A stretch of 59,510 bases of DNA, counting the filler, from Rhizaria sp. SCN 62-66 (Eukaryota), in assembly GCA_001724265.1 (NCBI GenBank). It is 2 parts of 2 records of this genome, joined end to end, with 100 filler letters (N's around TTAATTAATTAA, not from the genome) between each part and the next. Parts side by side here need not be neighbours in the genome. Positions count along the whole stretch, not along the records: positions 1 to 28,404 come from MEDY01000388.1; positions 28,505 to 59,510 come from MEDY01000389.1. One strand, written 5' to 3'. The notes beneath the pieces are model-generated. The model was not told the DNA's origin. It was given only the letters and a program-made list of their open reading frames with translations, and searched no databases. The translations under genes and the position numbers were made by a program. This document shows, piece by piece, positions 20,359 through 31,600 of the stretch (position 1 is its first letter; the number at the start of each line of letters is the position of its first letter).

Positions 20359-22591
20359 TCAGTCGTCCGAGTCCGGCACCTGGGTGCGGTAGCCGAAATC
20401 CGCCTCCCCACGCGGGGTCGGGTTGGAACTTGCGCTCTGGCCGACACCCGCCCCCGAGCCCGAGTCCGTCACCGCAGCGCGCTTGCCCGCCAGCCAGGCG
20501 GTGCGGGCCCGCGCCTGCCCCCAGAGGCCCCTGGCGGCGCTGGCGACGGCGCGCGCGTCCTGCCTGGCCGCGCGGCCGACGGCGCCGGGCGCAAGTCGGA
20601 GGTCATGCGCCAGCCCCGCCGCCGTCATGTCGCTGCGCAGCCGCGCCTCGTCGCTCGAGTGCAGCAGCACGAGCAACGAGATGGTCGCGGCGGCGACGGC
20701 GATGCAGATGGCGCCCATCTGCGCCGTGGCGCCGATGAGCGAGGCCGTGCCGAACATGAGGAACTGGCCGAGCCCGCGCATCGCCACGGCCGTCGCGACG
20801 CCGCCAGGCACCAGCGCCGCCTCGTACTGCAGCGAGATCGCCGGGTTGAGCGAGTTGGCGGCCAGCGCGTCGATGACGCCGTGCAGCACGGCCAGCCCCA
20901 CGCACAGCGTCCACGCGCGGCCGCCGCCCGCGACGGCGACCCAGTCCGCGCCCGTGGGGTCGAGCCCGATGATGAGGCCGAGAGAGAGCGCCTGCAGCGC
21001 CAGGTACCCGCCCATGGCGAGCCGGCACGCGCGCAGCGTGACCATGTAGCGCCCCAGCACGTTCGAGCACAGCGCTGAGGTCGTCGCGAAGAGGATCACC
21101 ACCACGGGCACGTTGGCAGATGTCAGCAGAGCCTTGCCAACGCGCGCGGACACGCAGCCTGCGAGAACAAAGGGAAGCGCAAAAGAAGTAAACATAATTA
21201 TGAGATATGGTATAGTGCTGGATATCATTATTAAGAGATAAATTTAATATGACACAAATAAAAATACAACTTCCAACTCAGAACCTCAATATCTCCTCGA
21301 GAAGTGTCCATGATGTCGAGATATACACATAAAGCTTGAGATGTTACGTACTAGAGAAGAAGCCACCGGACATGCCGGCCGAGATGAGGATGGGGACGAG
21401 GTGCCAGGTCACGCGGCGGCGCGCCACGGCCGCCACGCGCGCCATGGCCGCCGCGAGAATCGCGCGCACGTCCTTCTTGGCCGGCGCGGCGGCGACCGCG
21501 GCGGCGCCAGTGTTGCTTGTCACTGTGAGCGTGGTGGGCCCGGTGACGGAGACGTCGCCACTTCCGTCCTTGTTGTTGTGGCCGAGGCGCAGAGCGAGCT
21601 CGGGCCCGTCGAGGGCGCTCAGGTCCCCCTGCCTCTGCCCCTCGCCGGAGCTAGCCGCGGTCGCAGCGGGCACTGCGGGCACCGCGGGCGCTATAGGCGC
21701 TGTAGGGGCGGGGCGGACGAGGGCGCGGAAGCGGCGGAGGAGGAGGAAGACAAGGTTGCCGGCCGCGGAGAGCACGGTGAAGACGAAGAAAAGCAACGCG
21801 ATGGTGCTCTGGGGGATGTCTCTGTCGTTACCGCTCAGCATGCCCAGCGCCACGACGCTGCCGCACACGGACGTCAGCATCTTTTGGGATATGTTGCGGG
21901 TACGCAAAGAGAAATCAAGAAAAAGATAAACATTGAGTGAATTATGATATACCTACGAGAATTTTTAAGTCTCATCATTGAATTGTGATTATTTAATAAG
22001 AAAAGCAAACCATTGAAAAAAAATGCAAGTCTGGCAGCAAGCGTGCGTGCATGCTGACTGCGAGTCTACTCCTGAGGGCTGGACGTACCATGGTGGACCA
22101 GGCGACGCCGATCATCTTGGCCAGCACGCGGCTCGACAGCGAGCCCGTTGCGGGCGCAGGCGCGGCGGCAGCGGCGGCGGGAGCAGCGGCGGGCCTGCTG
22201 ATGTCGGCGGCCGAGTTGACCCGGGAGCGGCGCCCACTGGCGCTGGCGCTGGCGCTGCTGTCAGTGCGGCGGCGGCCGGAGAGAGAGACTGAGTAGGCGC
22301 GGCTGCGGCCAGCGTCATGACGAGCCTCCGCAGCATCTGTCTCGGCCTCGGCCCCAGCGTCAGCCTCCGCAGCGGCAGCCTCGGCCTCGGCCTCCTCAGC
22401 CTCAGCCCCAGCATCAGCATCGGCGTCAGCGTCGTTGCTGTTGTTGTTGCTGTTGTAGGGCGCCGCGAGCGGCAGCGGCTGCGTGTGGAGCAGCGAGAGG
22501 CTGGCGGGCGACAGTAGCGGCGTGCCCCCGCCCGTCGCGAGCGAGAGCGCCGCCGCCACGGACGCGGCCCGCGCGCGCCCCACCACCACCA

Positions 22592-22636
<45 letters not shown>

Positions 22637-24575
22637 GGCCACCAACGACCGGTGAGCTGGCCCCGGTCGCGCCGGCGCCGGCCAGGAGCACGCCCCCGTC
22701 GAGCGGCGGCAGCGCGTCGGCGCCGCCCAGCCCCGCCAGTGCCGCGCTGCCGGCGCCGGCGCTTTGCGGGGGCGCGGCGGCGGGGAGAAGGAAGGGCGTG
22801 GCGCCGCCGGCGTCGAAGCCGCCGAAGGCGACGGCGTCCTCGGGCCGCTGCGGCAGCGGCAGCAGCACCAGCACCTGCGGCGGCTGCTGCTGTTGCAGAG
22901 ACTGGGGGGTGACGGGCGTGCCGGGGGCGGCCGCGGGGACGGCGATGGGCGTGCCGCCCAGCGGCGCGGTCGCCAACGCGAGCGACAGAGCGGCCGCCGC
23001 GGCCTGGGGCTGCGCGGCGACGGCGACAGTGGCCACCAGCCCCGCGGGCGTGGCCGCCACGACCGGCGTGCCGGGGGGCAGGAAGCCCACCGAGCCGGAG
23101 CCGGGGCCGGGGACGAAGGAGCTGGAGCCGGGGCCCGCGGCGGCCGAGGCTGAGTGCGGCGGCAGCGGCGGCAGCGGCGGCAGCGGCAGCGGCAGGAAGT
23201 TCGCGTTGCTGCTGTTGTTGTTGTCTGCGTTGATGGTTGTGTCCGCAGCGTATGCCTCGGCGAGCGCGGTGACCTGCGAGAGCGCAGAGGCGACCTCGGC
23301 GGCCGCGTATCCGCCCACCCCCGCCGCCGAGACCGCGATCTCGGCGCCCGCGCCCGCAGAGGAGGGCTCCGCGTCGTCGTCGGCGTGCTGCGCCGCGGCG
23401 CCGGCGACCGCGTCACTGTCGTCACCGCCATCACGACCGTGGCCGTGGCCGTGGCGGTAGCCGTGGGTCTTGCTCTCGGCAGCGTTGTCCGTGGTGGCGG
23501 TGAGCTGGGGCGCGTGGTACGAGTGGTCCTCGCGGATGGCGTGCAGACGGGGCACCAACAGCACGGCGCCGCTGTCGACGTGGCCGCCGCCGCCGCCGCT
23601 GCTGCTGCTGTTGTTGCTGTTGTTGCTTGCGTTGTTGTACGCGACCAAGTCGGTGTCGTCGGTCGCCAAGAAGGCGGGTGCGTTGGACGGCAGCGTGACC
23701 GTGACCGCAATGGAACCCGCGTTGGCGTCGGCGTCAGCAGCAGCATCGGCAGCGGCAGCAGTTGCAAAGCCAGGGACAGCAGCAGACCCGCCAGCCGCGG
23801 CGCTATCGGCGCCGTTGCTATTGTTGTAAGCGATGAACGCGACGGCGCCCTCGGTGAGCGCGGGCAGCGGGTCGTCGGGCTGGGGGAAGGCCGCGCGCGC
23901 GACGGCGGCGTCGACCAGCGAGCGAGCGATGTGGCCCGACAAACGGGACAGGAAGATGCCCTGCGCGACCCACAGGAAGCCACCGCCGAGCCCGACGATG
24001 AAGGCAGCCGGGATGACGACCGGGTAGGTGCCGGCGATCATGCTGGCGATGAAGAGCGTGTAGGTGACGGAGCCGAGCAGGAGCGACAGCGTGGCGTCGC
24101 CGTCCAGCAGCGCCTCGATCCAGGCGGGCGCCGTGAAGTTCGAGGGCACAAAGGCGACGTAGAGCACGGCCAGGGACAGCGAGCCGAGGTCCTTGTAGAG
24201 CGTGGCGCCGAGGTTCTGGACGATGTTGTACGACACGAAAAGCAGGAAGAAGGCAGTGTTAAGCACCCAGAACGGGAGGAAGGGCGCTGAAAAGATCGAA
24301 AAATCGATATCTGCCTCGTTGATCTCGGGTGCAGTGACCACAATCACGCGCACGCCCTGCTGCTGTGACAAGACCGCAGGCGCGGGCGCGGGCGCAGCGG
24401 ATGAAGACGCGGGGTCTTGGGACTGGCCGCCGTTGTCGGCAGAATGGTATTGTGATGAGCTCCATGAGCGCGGGCGCAGCGCGGGACTAGGACGGCCGCG
24501 CGCTTTGCTACCGGAGTCGCCCGGCAGGGACGAGAGCGCGGGGCTATCGCGGCTCCCAGGGCCGCGGGGCCGCAT
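20359..24575 (-). CDS. UNC-93-like MFS membrane protein (~1271 aa, 3 exons)
   Basis: Exons 24575-22089, 21880-21352, 21158-20359 (both introns GTACGT...AG, frame preserved). N-terminal UNC-93 pattern: FFLLFVSYNIVQNL...LGSLSLAVLY...GLGGGFLWVAQGIFLS. Further TM helices lie in exons 2-3. Confidence 0.85.
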
Positions 24576-25870
24576 TCTGTAAAGCTACAAAGAGTGACGC
24601 GAAATGCCAGACCCAGCATCGATAAATAGATTTGAAAGCGGGTAAGATGAGCAATGCAACAAATATAAAAGCAGTAAAACATAGAATAGCTCATGTTCTA
24701 TCGGAATCACAACGTCATATGCACTTTAACGATCATCCTGGTGAGAATTTGAAGCGCGCATAATCGGTCGCCCTGTCGCTACTTGTTTTTGCCACGCACC
24801 GTCCGAGAACCGAAACCATCACAAAAAGTTGTGTTCAACAGAATTTTATATTCTGTCGCAAAATACCACGACATAATGGGCTAGAAACGGTCCACTTTTA
24901 GTTTATCTACACAATCACACATGTTTTTATTGCTGCTCAGGGATTCTATTTAGTACACGTGTTTATTTCATCGACATCTCACAATATTAGAGTACGAAAC
25001 TGGCACTTGAAGAAGGTTTGAATAGAACATATCCTGTAATACCGCACAGGAACGCTATTAAAGCAAGAACAAACCCATGTTTTAGCATGGAAATTTTATT
25101 TCCAACGTAATTTATGTCATGACATGACATATTTGGCGTAACCTCAAGTGTATAGAATATGTCACCATCAAACTCACACCTAAGAATCAGACTCCTGCAA
25201 GACAAAGGCTTCCAAGAAATTTAAGATTAGATAAATTGTTATTTAATATTATTATATTTTTTTTATTAAAAACTGCTTTATTAAAAGAATAATAGCAAAG
25301 AAAATTTCGAAAGAAGTGTTTAAAATAAATATTAACAATTTGATTTATATATTATTGCAATACAATTTTTGTTGTTTGTATACTCCTCTGTATATGACTT
25401 ACAATAAAAAAAGTTTAAACTAATAAAACGACAGAAATATTATAGTAGCTAATTACCTTGCAATTATAAATTAAGTTAAAGCTATGTATAATCAAATAAT
25501 ATTATTTTAACAATTTTACTTTCATTCAATACGCATTTTAAATAATATTATTAAATTTAAGTGTTATGACAATAATTAATTCTTTTTAGACATGTAATAT
25601 TAATAAACATTTTATAAATGAATACAATTGCATGATTTATTAATTTTACGTCATTGGGATCAGTGATTTGACTGGCTGATTGAGCAACTTTATGGTGCAA
25701 CTTGGCGTTGCAATACCTTCTCCACTGATCCGTTGATAGACATTTATGTACGCTTATCACACGTTACGTTTCGTATTTGTTATGTTGCTTTATTTATAGA
25801 CGTCTAATCCATTACTGTGTAGCAGAAACTGAGTGAGCATTAACGTCCTTGCCACCCGTTTGTTGCCGCA

Positions 25871-26251
25871 ATGTCGGTGCCAAATTACGCTATGGCTGAA
25901 CGCAATGGCTTTGTCTACGTGCGTATTGAAACGTATGACTTTGATGACATTAAGAAATGGTACGATTTAAACTTGGTATTGACGGTTCATAGCTCGGTTA
26001 ACGCCTTCCCGATCACATTTTCTCTCCACTGTTCCGCCAACCACAACTGATCTTTCGATAACTTTCACCTTTCAACCGCACCTTTAACGTATAGGATGCC
26101 TTTTATCTCGTGGTCCGGCTCGTACGTAGAGTCGTGCCCGATGCGCACGACGTTTGTGGCGAATGCGGACTACAAATACGCCATCATCGCAACGCTTCAG
26201 ACTAAGGGCTACAGTGAGCACTTGCATCCTTTCCTCATCGCCGCTTTCTGA
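25871..26251 (+). CDS. Small two-exon hypothetical protein (81 aa), absent from the ORF track
   Basis: Exon 25871-25959, intron GTACGA...TAG 25960-26094, exon 26095-26251. Product: MSVPNYAMAERNGFVYVRIETYDFDDIKKWMPFISWSGSYVESCPMRTTFVANADYKYAIIATLQTKGYSEHLHPFLIAAF-TGA. Confidence 0.6.
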
Positions 26252-26611
26252 CCTGTTGATAAAGCGCACAAGCAGAGTGATGTGAAATTAAAAGAGGGTT
26301 TATTGTGACATTCGTTCTTCGTCTGTTCTTTGCCGGGCCGTTCTTACACTGACCAGGGTCAGATACTTTCGCTATAAATACAAGACATGTTATAACATAA
26401 CAAAACAGGTAACAAGAGAGAGAGATAATATAAGTAAGATTCCTGGCTGCTCCATTCACAAACGACGCGCAGCGCAGCATAATTACATAGGAGGCGAAAA
26501 AAATTACATTTTAAAAAGAAGAGGAGGACTACGTAAGACGTAATACGGAACAGTAAAGCAAGAGGAGATCATCAACAAGGGTGTCTCATAGACGGCGAGC
26601 TAGTTGTCGGC

Positions 26612-28404
26612 TTAAAAGTCGAAGTCGGCGTTCCAGTCCACCGCGGGGGCCGCGACGTCGGCAGCGGGCATCATGTCCGCAAACGGGTCGTCGTTGGCAG
26701 CAGCAGGGACAGGGACAGCATCAGCAGCGGGCTTCTTGTCCTGCTCCTGCTCAGGCTCCGGCTCGGGCTCGGGCTCGGCCTCGGCCTCAGTGGCAGCGGG
26801 CTCAGTCTCTGACTCAGCCTTGGCTTCGGGCTCAGGCTCGACAGCAGCAACCTCGGTCTGAGTCTCAGTCTTAGCCTCGACCTCCGCCTCAGCAGCCTCA
26901 GCCATAGCCTCAGCCTCAGCCTTGGGCTCGTCAGCCTCGGCCTCCGGCTCCGGCTCCGCAGCCCCGGCGCCGAGCGACGCCGCGGGCGTGGGCAGCGCGG
27001 TCGCGGGCGCGGTGGCGGAGCTGGCGTCTACGAACACAGTCTCGGTCACAGTCTCGGTCGCAGTCTCGGTCGCAACAGCCGCCTCAGCCTCGGCCTCAGC
27101 CGGAGCCGCGGCCTCAGCAGCAGGGGCCTCGGCCTCAGCAACGGGGGCTTCAGCAGCCGGGGCAGCCTCGGTCTCGGCCTCGGGCTGAGTAGCCTCAGTC
27201 TCAGCAGGCGCAGGTGCAGGCTCAGGTGCAGGTGCAGCGGCAGCGGAGGGCTCCTCGCCGAAGGTGGCGTCAAAGACGTCGTTGCCGGCGTCGAACGCGT
27301 CAAATGCGTCGGCGCTGGCGTCCGCGCTCGCAGCCGTAGTCGCAGTAACGGCCGTCTCGGCCTCAGCCTCGGCCTCGGGCTCGGGCTTCGTCTCAGCAAC
27401 AGGAGCTGCAGCCTCAGCCTCAGCCTCAGCAGCAGGAGCAGGAGCCACCTCGTCGTCGTCACCAAAGGCGGCATCGAAGGCGTCGAACGCGTCCGTCGCA
27501 GGCTCCTCCACAGCAACAGCAACAGCAGCAGCCGCAGCAGGCTCAGGCTCAGGCTCAGCAGCAGCAGGGGCAGCGACAGGAGTTGCCTCGGCCGCGGCCA
27601 CGGCAGGGGTGACGGGCGTGACGGGCGTGACCGGCGCGGCAGGGGTGACGGGCGAGCGCTCGTCCGCGAAGCCGAAGGCGCCGCCGCCGGTCATGCCGCC
27701 GAAGGGGTCGGCACCCCGGCCGCTCTTGCCGCGCGACCGGCGGGCCGAGGCCACGGGCATGCCGAACGCGTCGAGCTCCACCGGGCTCGACTCTACAGGG
27801 CTCGCAGAGAGGGGCTCACCAGCGCCGGCGGGGGTGACGGAGATCACGGGGGTCTCGGCGCTGGCGCTGGCGGCGGCAGCGGTGGCGCCCAGGCCGGCAA
27901 AGGAGGCCGTGACGGAGGCGTTGAAGGAGCCGAAAGCGGGCTTGTCAGCAGGCGTGGCGCTCGCAGGCGCAGGCGCGGCCTCAGTAGCCGTGGGAGCGGC
28001 AGCGGGCTCGGGGGTCTGGAGGTCGGCAAAGTCGGCGTCGTCGAAGCCGGCGAAGGGGTCGTCCTGGCCCTCAGTCTCGGCCGCAAACACCGCCGCCGCG
28101 GCCGCCGCCGCAGTGGCAGCCGCGGCGGCGCCGTCAGCGCCGGCGGCTGCGACAGCGGGCGGCTGGGGCAGCGCGGCGGCCTCTGCGGCCCAGGCTCCAG
28201 CCTCAGCGCCGCCCGCGCGCGCCGCGGCCTCGCTCAGCTCGCGGTCACCCTCAGCAGACTGCGACTGTGTCTGGGCGGCCTCGGCCTTGGCCTCCGCGGC
28301 GGCCTTGCCGGCGAGCGCGGCCGTCGCCGTCTCGACCAGCGACACGCCCGCCGTCTGCAGCAGGGTCTCGAGCCGCGCCACCAGCGGCGCCAGCGCGGCG
28401 GCCA
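26612..28404 (-). CDS. C-terminal part of an acidic Ala/Glu/Pro-rich protein with DPF/DAF/WxxxF motifs (endocytic accessory-like); 5' end lost in gap
   Basis: Frame is open from the gap to TAA at 26612-26614. Motifs DDPFAGFDDADF, DPFGG, DAFDAFDAAF, DDPFADM and terminal DWNADFDF. Confidence 0.7.
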
Positions 28405-28504
28405 NNNNNNNNNNNNNNNNNNNNNNNNNNNNNNNNNNNNNNNNNNNNTTAATTAATTAANNNNNNNNNNNNNNNNNNNNNNNNNNNNNNNNNNNNNNNN
28501 NNNN
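28405..28504. other. Assembly spacer N44-TTAATTAATTAA-N44 (artificial six-frame-stop contig linker)
   Basis: Exactly 100 nt and symmetric. The central 12-mer places stops in all six frames. Confidence 0.97.
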
Positions 28505-28656
28505 GCCGCCGCTGCCGCCGCTGCCGCCTCCGCCTCCACCGCTGCGCCCGGCCGCCGCGGCCCTGGCGCCGCTGCCGGCACCATGGGCGCGACGGGCCTT
28601 GGCGGCAACGCCGCTGCCCGCGCGCCCCGTGGCGCCGCTGCTGCCGCCGCCGCTGC

Positions 28657-28687
<31 letters not shown>

Positions 28688-31600
28688 GCGCAGTCGTCCT
28701 CTGCTGCAGCCGCGGGCTCTGCGCGCGCAGACCCGCGCCTGGGCGCCGCGCACGTGACGCTGACCGCACCCGCGCGGTGCGAGGCGCGGCTGCCGGTGCT
28801 GCAGACGGCGGCGGACCTGCTCTGCGGCCGCGCCGGCACGCCCTCGGCCGTGGGCCCCCGCGCGGGCGCCGCCGCGGCCGTGCTGTGCTCCGTCGCGGGC
28901 ATCGCGCGCGCGCGTTCGCTGCAGGGCTCCGCCGCCGCGGGCGCCGCCATGGCCGTGCTACTGTCTGCGCTCGCGCAACGCGCCGGCGCCGCGCGCGCGT
29001 TGCTTGAGGCCCAGACTGCGGGCGTCGTCGCGGGCGGCCACGCCATCGCGGGCGCCGGCGCGGGCCCCGCGGCTGCGGCGTCGGTCGTGGGCGCGACGGC
29101 GCACCCCGTCGCCGCGGCCGCGGGCGGGCGCCTCGCGCTGCTGGCGGCCGCCGCCCTGGCCGACGCCGGCACCGTGTGCGGCGGCGACCTCTCCGCGCTG
29201 GGCGCCGCGCTTCTGGCCGTGGCGCGCGCGCGCAGCGACGTGCTGGCCGCGGGCGCGGGCGAGGCCATGACGGCCACCGAGGCGCAACTCTTTGCGCTCG
29301 CCGCCGCCGCGGCCGACACGGCGGCCGAGCTCGCGGGCGACGTCGACGGCGACGACGACGAGGACGCGGCCGCCGCTGCCGCTGATGCTGCGATCGCGGC
29401 CGCCGCCGCTGCCGACGCCGACAGCGAGGGTCTCGCGCCCTCTGACGCCGCCAGCTTCCATGCCGCGAACAATGCCTCCGCTGGCGGCGCTGCTGCGAAC
29501 GCTGCGCCTATGGACGCGACGACTGTGGCCACGGCTGCCGTCAAGAGCGTGTCCTCCAAGCCCGTCTCCGCGGGCGCCCTCTCTGCTCGCGTGCCGGGCC
29601 CTCTGCTGTGGCACGCGCTGGCCGCGGCCGCGCCCCCGCTGCTGCGCTCGCACCTGACGGCCCGCCTGTCGCTCTCCGCGTCCCCCGGTGCCGGACTTAC
29701 GGTCACGCTCCCGGTTCCACTGCCGACGCGCCGACGCCGCCCGGGGTCCGCGTTGTTGGCGCCGTCCGCCGCCGAGGCCGAGGCCGCCGCAGCGGGCGTC
29801 GCGTCGTCACCGCTCACGCTCTCGCTGCCGCTGGCCGCGCTGCCGGGCCTCTATGCCGTCGACGCCGCCTACGCCAACGCGCCGCGCCTCGGTTCGGGCG
29901 CGGCCGACAGCGCCGCCGCCGCCAGCGGCACCGACGCGCTCGCGCGCAGGCTGGCGGGCGCGCTTGTTGCCGGCCGCCGTGCCCCGCGCCGCGCGCTGCT
30001 GACGGTGAGCCCGCCCATAGCGCTGGCCACCGCGGCCGCCATTTCCCCCGCCGCGGCCGCCGCCGCGTGGGCCGCCGCCACCGCGCTCGCCGCCGGCGCG
30101 CCGCTGCCTGCGCCCGGCGGTGGCGGCGCGGCCCAGGGTCGCGGGAACGCCGCCGCAGCCGCTGCCGCCGCAGCCGCCGCGGCCGCCGCGGCGTCGCTGT
30201 CGGCGGCACCCGCGTCCGCGCGCGCGCTGGTGGTGCCCGAGTCGCTCCCAGCCGCGGGCACGCGCTTCGTGACCGTGGCCGCGCGCTCGCTCACCGCCGC
30301 GGCCCCCGCTGCGGGCGCCGTCGTGCCCTACTCGTCGCCCTCGTCCTCTTCTGCGTCCGCGGCGTCGCTGTCGGCGGCGGCGTTCGGCGGCGCGGTGGTG
30401 CCCGACTGCGGCGCGCAGTTCCGCCTCACGCTCTGCCTGCCCGCGGACGCCGTCGACGCCGAGTACGACGCCGTGGCCGACGCCGCGGTGCCCGAGGGCT
30501 TCGTCCCCGTCGCCGCCGCCACGGTGCCCGCGCACTGGCGTGCGCTCATCAAGATGCCCTCGGCCGCCCCAGCCGCGGGCGCTGGCACAGGCGGCAGCGC
30601 GCCCGCGCGCATAGGCAGCAGCAGCGGCCCGCGCGACCCCGCGGCCTCGGCCGCCGCCGTCGCCATCACGAGTGGCGCGCCCTGGTGGCAGGTCCTGTCG
30701 ACTGCGATCGCGGCCAACCTCAGCGCCATCGCGCGCGCTGAGGGCGACGCGGCCGCGGCCTTTACGCCGCTGTCGCCTGCCGCCGTCGCCGCGCTTGCGG
30801 CCGCGCACTCAGGCGCGGGCGGCGCGCTGGGCGCCCCCGCGCGCGCGCTGGTGACGCAGGTGCGCGTGCAGGCCGAGGCCGCGCAGCAGGAGCAGCAGCG
30901 CGCGCAGCGCGAGCAGCAGCTCCAGCAGCAGCTGCAGCAACAGCAGCAGCAACAACAGCAGCACGGCGCCGCGCGCGGGCCCGGCACACCCGACAGCTCG
31001 CTCTCTCGCTCGCGCACCGGCTCCTCCAACGGCCGCTCCCGCGCCGCCGCGGNCCCGCGCCGCCGCGGGCGCCCGCGCGCGCACCCCGTCGCCCGCGCCC
31101 GCCGCGGCGTCGGCCTCGGCAGCGTCCCCGGCCGTGGCCGCCGCGTGCGTGCCGCTGTCGGCCGTGGCGCCCGCCGCGGCCGCCGCGCTTCCCGACGCCG
31201 CATGGCTGCGGCCGCTGGTGTACCCCGCGGGCGCCACGGCGGCCGCGCAGGACTCGCTCTCGGGCTGCGCGCTGCCGCCCGCGCTCGAGGAGGCCGCGGT
31301 CGAGTCCGCCATTGCGCTCGCCACCGCGGCCGCCGCGCCGCTAGGTGCGTTGGTGTCGCCGCTGGGCGTCGGGCACGCCGCGGGCGCCAACGCCAACGCG
31401 GGCGGCAAGCGCGGCAAGAAGCCCGCCAACGCCGGCGCCGGCGCCGGCGCTGCTGCCGGCGCGGCCGCGGGCGCTGATGGCGCCCAGGCTGCGGGCTCCG
31501 CGCCCGCCAGCGCCGGCTCCAGCACGAGCTCCGCGGTGCATACGCCGCAGCAGGGCGTGCGCGGCGCGCCGCGCGGTGTCGCCGCGACCGCCGCCGCGGC

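Noticed and set aside
24987-25205. 72-aa minus-strand ORF with a hydrophobic C-terminal stretch
   Set aside because: No ATG start at the ORF beginning, no supporting splice model, and composition unlike host genes. Cannot be supported.
28449-28460. TTAATTAATTAA palindrome flanked by Ns
   Set aside because: Artificial contig linker. Adjacency and orientation of the two sides are not biologically reliable.
31038-31068. Apparent frameshift / 15-bp target-site-like duplication
   Set aside because: The duplicated 15-mer flanks a single N, which indicates an unmerged contig overlap rather than programmed frameshifting or a transposon footprint.
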